A stretch of 64,000 nucleotides of DNA from Amphiscolops sp. MND2022 (taxonomy: Eukaryota): positions 34,350,001 to 34,414,000 of the forward strand of contig OZ076409.1 of NCBI GenBank assembly GCA_964187785.1, read 5' to 3'. The first letter of the stretch is position 1. Each line of letters begins with the position of its first letter. Made by a program: the position numbers and the translations under genes. Positions 55,701-63,523 of this stretch are shown piece after piece. Below the pieces are notes generated by a model. It was not told where the DNA came from. It worked only from the letters and a program-made list of their open reading frames with translations, and made no database searches.

Positions 55701-58700
55701 AAAAGAGACCGTTCCTCGTCCGTGATGTCGTTTTTGCCAGTTATTGCTGGGATCAGGTTTTCCTTGATCTTTCTTTCCGTTTCTTCGAGGTTTCCTATGA
55801 AATTGGGAGTCGTCCGTGAGAGAAAAGTGACTTTGTTTTGGAGACCTTTGGTATAGCAATGAAATACATTTTGGGGAGAAACTTTTGCGTGTTTTGACAA
55901 CTTCTCTACGATCTGGTTGTATTCACTTTGTTTTTGGCTTCTGAACGTGTCACAAGCAGCTTCTGATCCTATTACCGACCCGAGGACACGATGTCCATCA
56001 ACAATTTCAACATCTTCTTTGTTAAATAGACTTTGAGCTTGTTTCATGCTTTCGGTTTTTGTAATGATGTTACATTTCGTCAGTGTGTAGCCGAAAGCCG
56101 GTCCATGCTTTTTCAATTGTTCGTGGACCGCTTTTAGGTCTTTGAGACTGCCTGTTACATTGCCGTCGTCGGCGTACCACTTCTGAGTTATGTTTGTTTT
56201 TTGAATCAGATCAATCAACGGTAAGATAGCAATTCCGTACATCGCCATGGCAAGAGGATCTCCTTGAGTCGTTCCCTCTTGTGATTGCAAGGTTTTGCCG
56301 TTGACGAAAAGACTTGTCGGTGTTTTGTACGAATTCCTGATGGCTGTTATAATTGAAGGACATAGTTTTTCGATGTTCCGAAGCGCGAGATCCCTGTTCA
56401 GGCTATTGAATGCGTTCTTTGCATCGATGAGCAAAATGCCTTGTGTTTCAGGGGTCTCGAACTGTTTCCTGAGGCTATGTATAGCGTGTTCGATTCCGCA
56501 TTTTTGACCGAGACAAAGTTGTTGGTTTTTGCCTAAGAGCTTCAGGTCGTTCTCTACACAGCGCAGTATGGTTCTTCCTATGATTCGTCTGAGAACTTCC
56601 CCAACCCCAATTGGCCGTACCCCTGGGTTCTTGTCCAGGGGTATCAGGCGGCAGGCATTGTATGGCATCAGTGCTTCATTATCAATTTCTTCAGTAGCGA
56701 TCCTCACGGCTAAGCGGGCGACCGTACGGCAGAGCGACGTCGATGACTGGCTAAAATTGGACATCCATCGCCGCCATTCGTTTGCATCCACACCGGAGGG
56801 TCCGTGGCTCCCGTGTGTTTTCATTCCGGCCCTACGAATGGCTCCTGCTTGTATTCTGTCGAAGATTACGGGATGGTACGGCAGATTGTTTCCGGAACTT
56901 GTAACTACGTAGGCGTCGTCGCAGCTTTTGGGTGGGGGGTGTTTATCCTTCAAAATATCGAAAACAGTCTTGTTGTCAATTTTCTCTGATAGAGACAGTA
57001 CTCCGCCTTTTTCACAGTCGTTAACACTCCGTAAGGCATTTGAGATTTTTCCAGCGGACATGTGTGCGTCAAAGTCTCGGAACATATCTCTTGTTCTATT
57101 GTTTGATTTTGATTTCGTTGTTCGTTTCTGTACTGCCTCTGCTTCCTTGAAAAGTTGTTCGATTTCGCCGTTTAGCCACATTTTCAGTCGCCTGGTTGTC
57201 GTCTTGTTCCTCGACGCATCTGGCTCGGACGTAGTCCTTGCTAAGACTAAATGAGGCATTAGCATTGCTGCATACAGAGCTATGTTTTCATTGCTCTGTT
57301 TCTCTGCAATTGCAGCAAGTATGCGGTCCATTGTTTCAACAAACTTATGCCCAGTTTTGTTTTTAGGTAGCGTAATGAATAGAGGTTTCCAATGAACTAC
57401 TTGATTATAAAAATCTTTAATTTGATTTGCTATTTTGACGTTGAAAAAGCCTTTAAAAAAAGTTGAAAAAAAGTTTCACAATGCCGAAAAAACTGAAAGG
57501 GGACCCTTTAGTTTCGCCCGGTATTATATGTTACGAGGGAAAAACGAACTTTTGATAGAACTATTTGGGTCGGGTGTATCAGGTGCATCAGAAAAACACG
57601 GGAACGTCTCAAGTCGGCGCTATATCTAAGGCTCAAATAAAATCGAAGGGTGGAGACAAAAATTTTTCAAAAAAAAGTCGCAGTGCCGAAAAAAAATCGA
57701 AAGAGGAGACCTTTTAGTCCCGTCCGGTTTTGTAGATTACCTTTTGGGGGACCCTTTGGAATAGCTTAGATGCGTTTCCCGGGTATTCGTTTAGTTTCCT
57801 TTAGTTGAACATACTGAACGTTAACGTTCGTCGCTTCGAGTCTGTCTTAAAAAAAACGAGTGACTGTAATAGTCGGCCTCTTTTATTAATAAAAGCGCCG
57901 CTAAAAACACTGACGAAAACCCATGACTATAGTCGGAAAGGGGTAGAGAGACAATAATTATTCTCCCGGATATGGTGATATTCTCATCGAGGATCAATTC
58001 ATTCGTTACTGTTCCAATTTATCGAGTTTCTTCATGTACTGAAAAGTTTATCGGTACTGAAAAGTTTAGAGTATATTCTTTTTAGTCAGCGAATACGTCT
58101 AAGGGTTTTATCCAACAACAAATCCACGGTTTAAAAATACTACTAACATCGTTTCTACTAAGGGCGGTTGATTTGCCCAAGAGGTGCAGCAGACAATTGA
58201 TGTCATATCCTTGATCTGTTATTTTCTGCTTCAAGCCGGCCTTTTCCGAATTCCAGCTGCTCATGTTATCTTGCAACTCCTGCAAACAAGAAGAAGCATG
58301 CCAGGGTTGTTTAAAAATCGGATTTTTATCGCTTGATTTAAATCAGATTTTTATTTTTCTGCTTGATTTAAATTTTTATTCTCATTGGGGGAAAATGAGG
58401 TTTTTTTCAAAGATCAATTATTTCATTGAACTAAAACATTGAATTTGTTGATTCAAAACACGAAAACAGAATAGAAGTTTTCCACATTTTTCAATTCCCA
58501 GTCGATTTCTGTTAAATAGGTATATTTTCAAGGCAAATCATCAAAATTACTATTTTTAACAACATACTGACCCAGCCAGTCAAGAATTTAAGCATATTTT
58601 CGAAGCAAATCATCAAAATTGACCATTTTTAACAATTAAAAAAATAGCAGTCAACAAATTAAGCATGTTTTCGAGGCAAATCATCAAAATTACCCATTTT

Positions 58701-61673
58701 TCACATCAAACAGACAGTTAAATAGGTATATTTTCGAGGCAAATCGACAAAATTAGCCTTTTTTTCACAATTAAAAAATTAATGAACAAATATTTTAAAC
58801 AAAATTTCGTCATGAAGCAAAAATTCACTAACATCTATGGTGTAATGTGAAATGCATCTAAATGTAATAAAAATTGAAATCGATGAAAAATAACTAAAAC
58901 AAGCAAAGCTTGGAAAAAAATTGACACAAAATTTTTTTCTTAAATGAAATATTTATCATTCAAAGAGTTTGTTAAAAAAGATGGATTAAGAAATGAAGCA
59001 ACAACTAATGTAACAAGCCGGGAACGGCCCAAGTCGGCGCTATATCTAAGGCTCAAAAATAGCAAAAGGAATTCAAAGTCTCAAGTATTCTCTTCTACAG
59101 TACCCGAAAAACCTAAAGTTGGACCGAATTGGCGCGCTAAAAGGGGAGGGACCCTTTGGAAATTTTTTACATCCATTGTTGCAAAACATCAAAAACTGAA
59201 GGGGGACCCTTTGGGGAAATTCTTTTTCCATGAAAAAAGTCTCACAAAGCCGAAAAAACTGAAAGGGGGCCCATTAGTCTCTCCCGGTATCGTATGTTAC
59301 GCGGAAAAAGGAGCATGAGGAAAAATTGAAAAAAATCCGACCTTTTTTTCTCGAACTTTTTCTCAATTTTTTTTTGGTCTCCAGTAGGTCGCATAGTGCC
59401 GCAAAATGTAGAAGGGGACCTCAAAAAGCCTAATTAACAGCCTAATTAAAGCCTATCTAAAGTGCCAGTACAAGTAGTGTGGCAGACAGTGTTAGTGCAA
59501 GCCAGCTTATAAAACTTATAAAATCTGTCACTTCGGTGGTCTTCAAAAAAAGAAAAGTCACTGCTATAGTCTGCGTTTTCTACGAAAAGCGCCGACTAAA
59601 AATCTTACAAATCCTAAACCTTTCGTGTGGAAAATACATGAGAGTTGATAAGTTTACCACAGCGGCAGGAATAGTTAACTTACATCCCTCAGTTGAAACA
59701 CAGGTTATGTTTATTAACGAGTATTAGTTCGATTATGGCTGTTCACCACCAGTAAACATAACAAAACAAATTAATTAATTTATTCAGAATATTTGTTTTG
59801 TTGAAATTTTTTTCTTTCTAAGCTTTGCTTCAAGAAAGAAATTTTGTTTCAATTTTTTTCTAAGCTTTGCTTGTATTAGTTATTTTTCATCGATTTCAAT
59901 TTTTTATTACATTTAGATGCATATCACAGTACACCATAGAGGCTAGTGAATTTTTGCTTCATGACGAAATTTTGTTAAAAACATTTGTTCATTGAGTTTT
60001 ATGTTGTGAAAAATGGGTAATTTTGATGATTTGCCTCGAAAATATACCTATTCAACTGTCCGTTTGATCAGTTTGTTGTGAAAAATGGGTAATTTTGATG
60101 ATTTGCCTCGAAAACATGCTTAATTTGTTGACTGCTATTTTTTTAATTGTTAAAAATGGTCAATTTTGATGATTTGCTTCGAAAATATGCTTAAATTCTT
60201 GACTGGCTGGGTCAGTATGTTGTTAAAAATAGTAATTTTGATGATTTGCCTTGAAAATATACCTATTTAACTGTCTACTTGGTCAGGATCGGGATTCCTC
60301 ATACTACTATCTCTGTATGCTAATAAGTTTCAGAAGCATGAAAAATGAGAAAACTAACAGAACAATGTTAACTAATAAAAAATTACTTATAATAATAGGT
60401 TAATTAACAAAGTTAATTGCACGCAGTAATCAGAATAAAACTTCAACTATATGGTTAAAAACACCATTGATTTAAATGACTTTTACTCTCTGATTTAAAT
60501 CCGATTTAAATCATTGATTTATATCAACTTGATTTAAATCAAGGCAACCCTGAAACATGCTGAAGGAACCATGATCAAATCACACTACATCGCTGTTAGA
60601 TTGAAACTACATTTTGACCTGTCTGATCAAGGAAGGACTGCAAGTGCAAACCAGTTGTCTATGTTCAAATTTTGAATATTTGAACTATTCTGGAGTGAAA
60701 ATACCGGTATAGGGTCTTTTTCGCAGTAAAATATGACTTGGATAATTGCTGATTTCAAAAACGCTGCTTAAATCTTTCAGGTTTTTGAATGTGGCTTCAA
60801 ATAAATTAATAAAAATTGGGAATTATTCCACATAAAAAATAATTGAATAAGGCATTATTCATATACATAAATATTGTCCTTTGTCAATGAAAATGATAGA
60901 AAAGACGCCTGTATTTCAAAAAGCGCAGACTAAAAAGGAACAGTGTAAGCTACAAAATTGATGTTGTGAGGTTTTCCTTGGAACCAGTTGACAATATTTT
61001 TGCACATTTTTGTGAAATAAATATCCGAAGAAATTATGTACTTTTGTCTGCAACGTTAGCTGTCTAGCTTTTTGGTACCATAGTGTATTTTCAATTTTCA
61101 TCATAGTCTCCCTCTCCAATTGATATCATACGAACCTTCATGTACTGTGCTTGCCGTTCGTTCTCGTTTTTCGAGCCCTGTTCTCGTTGCTCTGCCTCGT
61201 GAAGACGGTCCATAAAACTCTGCAAAATGTGTATTTTAACCAGAATTATTTCGTTGGTCTGCAATTACCGAAGACAGTCAACAAAATAAGGACAACTGTT
61301 TTTACAAGCTGACAAAAATGATTGTTCATACCTTCTTTTTTAAATTAGCGAAATTTATTAGTTTTCAATCAATGGAGCTCTTGAATAGGGGAAGGTCATT
61401 GCTGAGGAACACCCGACTAGAGAAACCTAACCGGTAAATTGAGATGGCATCATCTAATTTTGCTCCACAAGATGTAGCATTCTAAAGACTCGGATGATAC
61501 AATAAATACAGTAGAGTACAGACCTTGACGTCATTATTGGACTGGATGAGTTTTTGTTCTAGGAGGGACGCCTTCTCGTTGTGTTCTTTCTCCACGTCTT
61601 CCATCGTCTGGACCAGCACCTCATTCTGCTCTGTCAGGTCAGACACGTATTGCTGCAGTAATCTAACTTTGGC
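448..61673 (-). CDS. Multi-exon gene for a very long coiled-coil protein (PMFBP1/CCDC18-like), 43 traced exons, about 2,230 aa; 5' end not located
   Basis: Chain of E/K/Q/L-rich heptad ORF fragments, each bounded by AG/GT on the minus strand, with matching intron phases throughout. The C-terminal segment VNKWVQEQK-QANEKLASKIREQSRAIVALTAEKDHL resembles my recollection of the PMFBP1 C-terminal motif (ANEKL..LREQ...IAKL..EKDHL). Family assignment is from memory, not a search. Confidence 0.85.
5650..5712. repeat. Short tandem repeat of tactatggta
   Basis: The motif occurs four times in about 60 bp. Confidence 0.6.
7469..16326 (-). CDS. Host gene exons 16222-16326, 15404-15550, 14532-14681, 13871-14018, 13658-13770, 13110-13340, 12350-12580, 11803-11811 (microexon), 10219-10538, 9147-9321, 7916-8061, 7469-7687
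   Basis: Continuous coiled-coil reading frame across phase-matched GT-AG introns. Confidence 0.8.
8359..8693. mobile_element. MITE with imperfect TIRs built from ATTACGCCCAA repeats (Mutator/hAT-sized TSD)
   Basis: 8 bp direct repeat CTACCGAT at 8351-8358 and 8694-8701. Ends ggacattacgcccaagga / tccttgggcgtattgtcc. Confidence 0.75.
14130..14302. mobile_element. Tc1/mariner/pogo-type MITE
   Basis: TA flanks; TIRs CAGTTAAACCTCGGTTTTCCGCC / GGCGGATAATCGAGGTTTCAGTG. Confidence 0.75.
16897..17446 (+). mobile_element. HINE/DINE-1-like non-autonomous Helentron element
   Basis: T-run plus degenerate subTIR at one end; GCGCCGACT plus hairpin GCCG-TTCC-CGGC then TTGTT at the other; internal GGGTCCCCC repeats. 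Confidence 0.7.
17644..18592 (-). mobile_element. HINE-like element with a second HINE nested at about 17688-18288
   Basis: The outer acaagccgggaccggcccaagtcggcgccatatctaaggctcaa is interrupted by acaagacgggaacgtct...gcgccgactaaaa, then resumes at atagcaaaag. No TSD. Confidence 0.8.
18855..22558 (-). CDS. Host gene exons 22412-22558, 20735-20955, 19892-20060, 19727-19810, 19172-19339, 18855-19034
   Basis: Heptad ORFs with GT-AG boundaries. The phase-2 junction 20735/20060 reconstitutes an Arg codon. The 19034 acceptor (AAG) is less certain. Confidence 0.8.
23560..24030. repeat. Degenerate copy of the HINE-related repeat family
   Basis: aaagtcgcatagtgccgaaaa, gcacagtgccgaa and gggattcgaacccagg motifs. 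Termini not recognisable. Confidence 0.5.
25438..26833. mobile_element. Related repeat with tandem internal units (gtctcatagtgccgaaaa...gggaccctttg) and a tRNA-derived segment
   Basis: Shares the core motifs of the HINE family but has different termini (acacagaggcgaagccgtg). Boundaries are approximate. Confidence 0.55.
26476..26546 (-). pseudogene. tRNA-derived (SINE-head-like) sequence with A and B boxes
   Basis: Minus strand GTGGTCTGGTGGTAAGATGCTTGCTTTTCAACCCAGAGGTTTCGTGTTCGAACCCGTGG. A-box TGGTCTGGTGG, B-box GTTCGAACC. The acceptor stem is not intact. Confidence 0.55.
27278..28263 (+). mobile_element. HINE-like element with a nested HINE at about 27332-27824
   Basis: Two ttttagtcggcgc starts and two ends of the form gccgact + hairpin (agacgttcccgtct / ggacgttcccatct) + tgtt. 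Confidence 0.78.
29436..29612 (-). CDS. Putative alternative first coding exon (S/P/R-rich N-terminus) of a shorter host isoform
   Basis: ATG at 29612; MDRKSSPARKGLQGYEAYRSRSDISPLRGTGSPSPARSTAISPTRVKSQVSFDVPYKAK ends at a phase-0 donor AAG|GTAAAC. An in-frame stop lies just upstream, with no acceptor AG between it and the ATG. Confidence 0.55.
30679..34394 (-). CDS. Host gene exons 34263-34394, 34079-34162, 31057-31131, 30679-30762
   Basis: EAFKKLQTEYSNLLQDTRE; EKESNKTIEEMERKNQLL; KNNLLRTLNEMEG; ISATQVHFEKLKTELEELRDKYE. All phase 0 with AG/GT boundaries. Confidence 0.8.
31615..31745. repeat. Degenerate minisatellite, about 2.5 units of about 50 bp
   Basis: ataatta...tcg.tc.cttcat.tcaat...cggcgtacga.agc repeated. 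Confidence 0.6.
32010..32363 (-). mobile_element. HINE-like element
   Basis: acaagacgggaacgtct...gtcggcgctatatctaaggctc start; gcgtcgactaaaaa end. Confidence 0.75.
32573..33479 (-). mobile_element. Two adjacent HINE-like elements (about 32573-33025 and 33120-33479)
   Basis: Each starts acaagccggga..cggcc..gtcggcgcc-like; the second ends gcgccgactaaaaa. Confidence 0.75.
34632..35021 (-). repeat. 3' LTR (390 bp)
   Basis: Near-identical copy of 47875-48264, flanked by TSD CCTAT. Confidence 0.97.
35826..38039 (-). CDS. env: Envelope / class I fusion glycoprotein, 737 aa, uninterrupted
   Basis: Hydrophobic signal peptide; furin-type site RSKR followed by fusion peptide ALPLAPIALGAIGLFGSG; heptad region; Cys-rich ectodomain with N-x-S/T sites; TM LLIGVCSFLISMILHALLTLLL; cytoplasmic tail. 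Confidence 0.92.
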   Translation of the reverse strand: MIVFLIFLLLHSMHCLFSAPVPFDGTDGDLKKGIIFHEDRKILLAEKFINIQFLLPFPQFDIFIKDELRNITNTLHSMWKMPTFFCNLQFTNVSMEDFQVHWLVNEVQKEVSLAETAIINLRKEVASLLSPPIQSPSSNRSKRALPLAPIALGAIGLFGSGVAMGSGDCGLMGILGNCQARENKEAINRMFTAQSQLFENFEHLRTVTNDKFYIVSRELQSIYDVQNQMAEIQNTNWHLISEQLETFRQDIHEMRNCDQLLFTRQQINFNFDTVASLLALFYSNIKAYSAALFAYRLNLLNSVPALLNKYVPMSLLTRDSLERVLLKVGDIQFNSDDRLTLAIPFNDIMSYYDAQLLQDVVTLEKGLFLTMSIPLASKQTVMTIYQAIPIPMPQPDEDIALLWDNESEYLAVSADARETALLSHRDIGHCIGSARYSICRQGIVTEGLYSSCLSLLIFGNLVQAMQVCNVKPYQLPTTERAINLRYGIWLIVSASPNFQLRRSQMTSMQPAHSSTVDGCKICIVTLGCGEQLSGPNLHLRSDLDSCSLLPAVTVNVLLPDPPAAVLSTLPSVAELPFYNTKTSAAIDLLKSIKHDIKYINNPSRANDSLFALAQPIAAKMVQMKSPFLGEINKASTFTTTLLIGVCSFLISMILHALLTLLLHRCKSLHRFKPFSFFDTENKEKVSLKPVLSAPLEKIDYFRTHKDNHWRDKCIYLPEETVTNMHMNSSMYASPSFM
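38652..38909 (+). CDS. Small antisense single-pass membrane protein (85 aa) inside the LTR element
   Basis: GC-rich ORF in AT-rich surroundings; MSCLTAKF...GWVLVGLCVAAMAAVGWLLV followed by basic tail KRWRARRA. An acceptor-like tttttcag ends at 38635. Confidence 0.5.
   Translation: MSCLTAKFKEFVLLCCPEGTYVRRGGRLLSFIAEWHPDCPTRRRSPVSAGQTEALTTGWVLVGLCVAAMAAVGWLLVKRWRARRA
39127..40607 (+). CDS. Antisense five-exon gene inside the LTR element: integrase-type H2C2 zinc module + OTU-like cysteine protease, 363 aa (exons 39127-39482, 39609-39877, 39977-40149, 40223-40422, 40514-40607)
   Basis: Four GT-AG introns (donors GTGAGT, GTCAGT, GTTAGT, GTAAGT; 126, 99, 73, 91 nt) in phases 2, 1, 0, 2 give one open frame of 1092 nt. 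Motifs: VLYKVH...EH..G...LVNEFLRNCQTC; GGECFFSSVYYLLCG...KAIR; ILATAWVLGLDLMVY; FHCEPL. Confidence 0.8.
41393..46504 (-). CDS. pol: Pol polyprotein (protease, RT, RNase H, integrase, long P/S-rich tail), with two frameshifts near 42670 and 42065
   Basis: LIDTGA (protease); LRILVDLRRIN, KLDCSQAYH, AQGL, YVDD (RT); LTDAS, KEFLAV, TDNKSL (RNase H); HNSKFAGH...CSSC, IDL, SDMG, IERTH (integrase). The frame continues in ORFs 41914-42681 and 41393-41980. Confidence 0.95.
46426..47641 (-). CDS. gag: Gag (capsid-like region, N/Q-rich linker, CCHC knuckle), split by a frameshift near 47020
   Basis: ORF 47015-47641 (PFKGTEKENLEEFIRQLE...LHLKGGALSFF, retrotransposon gag-like) and ORF 46426-47064 with CNICNRFGHPPSKC (CX2CX4HX4C). 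The track's start is a TTG; I found no in-frame ATG upstream of it. Confidence 0.88.
46429..46435 (-). promoter_or_regulatory. -1 ribosomal frameshift slippery site A_AAA_AAC at the gag/pol junction
   Basis: Gag ends CAA AAA AAC TAG; pol reads CCA AAA AAA CTA GGT in the -1 frame. This is a canonical X XXY YYZ heptamer. Confidence 0.8.
47861..47874 (-). promoter_or_regulatory. Primer-binding site, probably tRNA-Leu-type
   Basis: TGGTGACAGGAGTC immediately follows the 5' LTR on the minus strand. It is complementary to a tRNA 3' end ...ACTCCTGTCACCA, one mismatch from the ...ACTCCTGACACCA end I recall for animal tRNA-Leu. Confidence 0.7.
47875..48264 (-). repeat. 5' LTR (390 bp)
   Basis: tgtgatgac...gtcatgaca, with an 8/9 terminal inverted repeat. 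Direct repeat of 34632-35021 with two substitutions seen. Confidence 0.97.
48538..54032 (-). CDS. Host gene exons 53971-54032, 53293-53428, 51626-51787, 49733-50122, 49511-49594, 49286-49348, 49127-49210, 48538-48711
   Basis: Open heptad-rich frames with canonical splice sites. The 62 nt exon ends in phase 2 and matches the phase-2 start of 53293-53428. Confidence 0.8.
50387..51366 (-). mobile_element. Two adjacent HINE-like elements (about 50387-50845 and 50889-51366)
   Basis: Same terminal hairpin, subTIR and GGGGACCCTTT core motifs as the other copies. Confidence 0.78.
51967..53183 (-). mobile_element. HINE-like element with a nested near-identical HINE (about 52503-53130)
   Basis: The inner copy sits in the A-run after gtggtctgacgc; the outer copy resumes at actagccactgtaatagtcggg. 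The inner copy closely matches 17688-18288. Confidence 0.8.
54395..57449 (-). mobile_element. 5'-truncated non-LTR retrotransposon of the RLE type, CRE-clade-like
   Basis: Flanked by a 15 bp direct repeat CCTTTAAAAAAAGTT (54380-54394, 57450-57464). Removing the element restores the host HINE sequence. Confidence 0.9.
54689..57449 (-). CDS. RT + CCHC zinc finger + restriction-like endonuclease ORF (open up to the truncation point; 880 aa from the first ATG at 57331)
   Basis: LIPLDKNPGVRPIGVGEVLRR, IDAKNAFN, QGDPL, YADD; CPCGELFSLSHSLQC; RHNEIRD, RLDI...FFDVK, KKLKY. The frame stays open upstream of the ATG (YNQVVHWKPLFITLPKNKTGHKFVE). Confidence 0.93.
58148..61673 (-). CDS. Host coiled-coil gene, most 5' traced exons: 61524-61673, 61136-61219, 58148-58279
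   Basis: AKVRLLQQYVSDLTEQNEVLVQTMEDVEKE; SFMDRLHEAEQREQ; ELQDNMSSWNSEKAGLKQK. All phase 0 with cag/gt boundaries. Confidence 0.8.
58944..59780 (+). pseudogene. Decayed Polinton/Maverick (adenain-type) cysteine protease fragment, split by the HINE at 59012-59601
   Basis: Removing the HINE joins MKYLSFKEFVKKDGLRNEATTNV to KILQILNLSCGKYMRVDKFTTAAGIVNLHPSVETQVMFINEY*FDYGCSPP. This resembles the (I/V)NL..s.GtHW....yFDSyG.pP motif; the HW is lost and a stop is present. Confidence 0.5.
59012..59601 (-). mobile_element. HINE-like element nested in the hAT/foldback element
   Basis: acaagccgggaacggcccaagtcggcgc start; gcgccgactaaaaa end. Confidence 0.8.
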
Positions 61674-62243
61674 CTGGAATACAATAAACAACTTGCAAAA
61701 CTTCTCCTCTCCTGGGAAACACTAGTATTGAAACAACAAAAAACTGCCGAATACAAAAAATGAAAAAAAAACGAAACTTGTGCTATAAATTTGTGCAAAT
61801 TTTGCATTTTAAACATTCAATTTCGAAGGTGTAACTCGAAAGACGATGTATCATCGTCTCTATTAATAGGCTAAAATGCAGATTACAAATATCTTTTCGG
61901 CACATAGCTTTTAAATGTCGTCATGAGCGAACTCTGTTAGCAACATTGGAAAGACAAACAAATTGAGGAGCTGTTGAATATTTCATACAAGATTTGCGAG
62001 AACTGTGACAAAATCTCATTTTTTAAAAACTCGCAGAAGTAAAACTGTCAATTGCACGAATGAGTCCTAATCGCAAAAAAGTACAGATGGAAACCAAGAA
62101 ATTCACTAGAAACTTTCGCTAATCTAGAAACATGTGCTTTCAGTACAAGTCACTGAAGATGAACAGACTGAAGAAGATGACCATTCAGTGTGACCACTGA
62201 CAAAAAAATCTTGGTTCTGTAAACTTCCCGTAGTCAGTCCGAA

Positions 62244-62311
62244 AATAAACCTTTGCAGTGAATTATTCTGGAGTTCGAATAAACCTTTGCAGTGAATTAT
62301 TCTGGAGTTCG
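62244..62311. repeat. Perfect tandem duplication of a 34 bp unit
   Basis: aataaacctttgcagtgaattattctggagttcg twice in succession. Confidence 0.75.
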
Positions 62312-63523
62312 AGAAGTTGATTTTAAAAATTTCAACTACTTGATAGATTTATTGACTTCAGGTACTCGATAGATTTATTAACACAGATTATTCAAACTTT
62401 CAATTAAAAATGAGCCTTTTGCTGTCGAGCATATGGGTGAGAAGCAAAATCAATTTTTTGATGTCCACTGGTAGAGATCTTCTGGGCCAACTTTTCCTGG
62501 ATTCTTGTATTATACTCAGATTTTTTGGATTATTGTACCATCGGATAATATTTTTGAAGCCTCCTCCTGATTTTCGAAAATTAGTGCGACGGCCGCGTCG
62601 TGGCAACAATATATAGTTAAAACAGCCAATGTAGGTTCTGAAGAGTTTGTTAAAGCAGATAGATCAAATAGACAACTCGAAACTAGAAGGAAACGTTTGT
62701 TTTTTTTTTTCATTTTCACTATGAAATGAGGTAATAAAATGATCACGATCAGTTTCGGTCAGTTGGTGACATACACAAACAAGTGCAGGCATACGCCTCC
62801 TAATCTTACAATGAAACACCGCACGATCAAACATGTTTCATTCAGACCATTTTCTTTTCCAACGATAGCTTCAGAGAACAAATCCACCGATATCCTTTCA
62901 CTTTCATTTCAATGCTCGAGCACCATAAAACCATAAATCCTTTCTCCAATGAAGACCAATAACAATTTCACAAGTCCAACAAAACTGCAATGACGATTGC
63001 TCACTTCACATGTTTTGACAAAAGCTCGATTTCCCGAAGCATAGAATATGGGATGAGACAAAATTCAAAGAACTCATTAGGCTATTTTGAGTATCCATAT
63101 TGCAATATACACATGATGTGAACGCTATAAATATCTAAAACAAGAACTAATTTCAGTTCTAAAAGGCCTTGGAGAATCAAACTTTACAAACAATTTTGAA
63201 AAAAAAACAGTCTTCTGTTACCATTTTTGCGTTCGTGTATCATAAAACTTAATTTTCACAAACAAAATGCTAAACTTCCAGGAGTACATAAAGCTCCTCC
63301 ACTTTTGGACTTTTCATTACTGAAAAACATGTTCCATCTTCGGTCATTTACTTTTTTCCTCGAAAAACATAGTTTCAGGAGTTTCCTGACTATGATTTCT
63401 GTTTGTCATTCTCTATTTCCAAATTAGGCAATGAAAGCTATTTGGCCAAGCCTGATAGTTTCATCTGTTGCCGGGTGGGAGATCGTGGATTCAAATTTTG
63501 ACATAAAGTACCTGTCTTTTAAA

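Larger units (their letters stand above)
54187..57940 (-). mobile_element. HINE-like element interrupted by the CRE retrotransposon and by another HINE (about 57595-57907)
   Basis: Starts acaagcggggaatggcccaagtcggtgcc, resumes after 57464, and ends near cactgacgaaaacccatgactatagtcgg. Confidence 0.7.
58302..60552. mobile_element. Non-autonomous hAT-like DNA transposon containing a long internal inverted repeat
   Basis: TIRs CAGGGTTG / CAACCCTG; 8 bp flanks AAGCATGC / AAACATGC (7/8 match); subterminal GATTTAAATC repeats at both ends. Confidence 0.72.

Noticed and set aside
55157..57254. Plus-strand ORFs overlapping the CRE element, and similar ones opposite pol and env
   Set aside because: Antisense shadows of long coding frames, with no splice structure or motifs, unlike the 39127-40607 gene.
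63440..63512. Possible first coding exon of the host gene (MSKFESTISHPATDETIR)
   Set aside because: No canonical phase-0 GT donor found to link it to exon 61524-61673.
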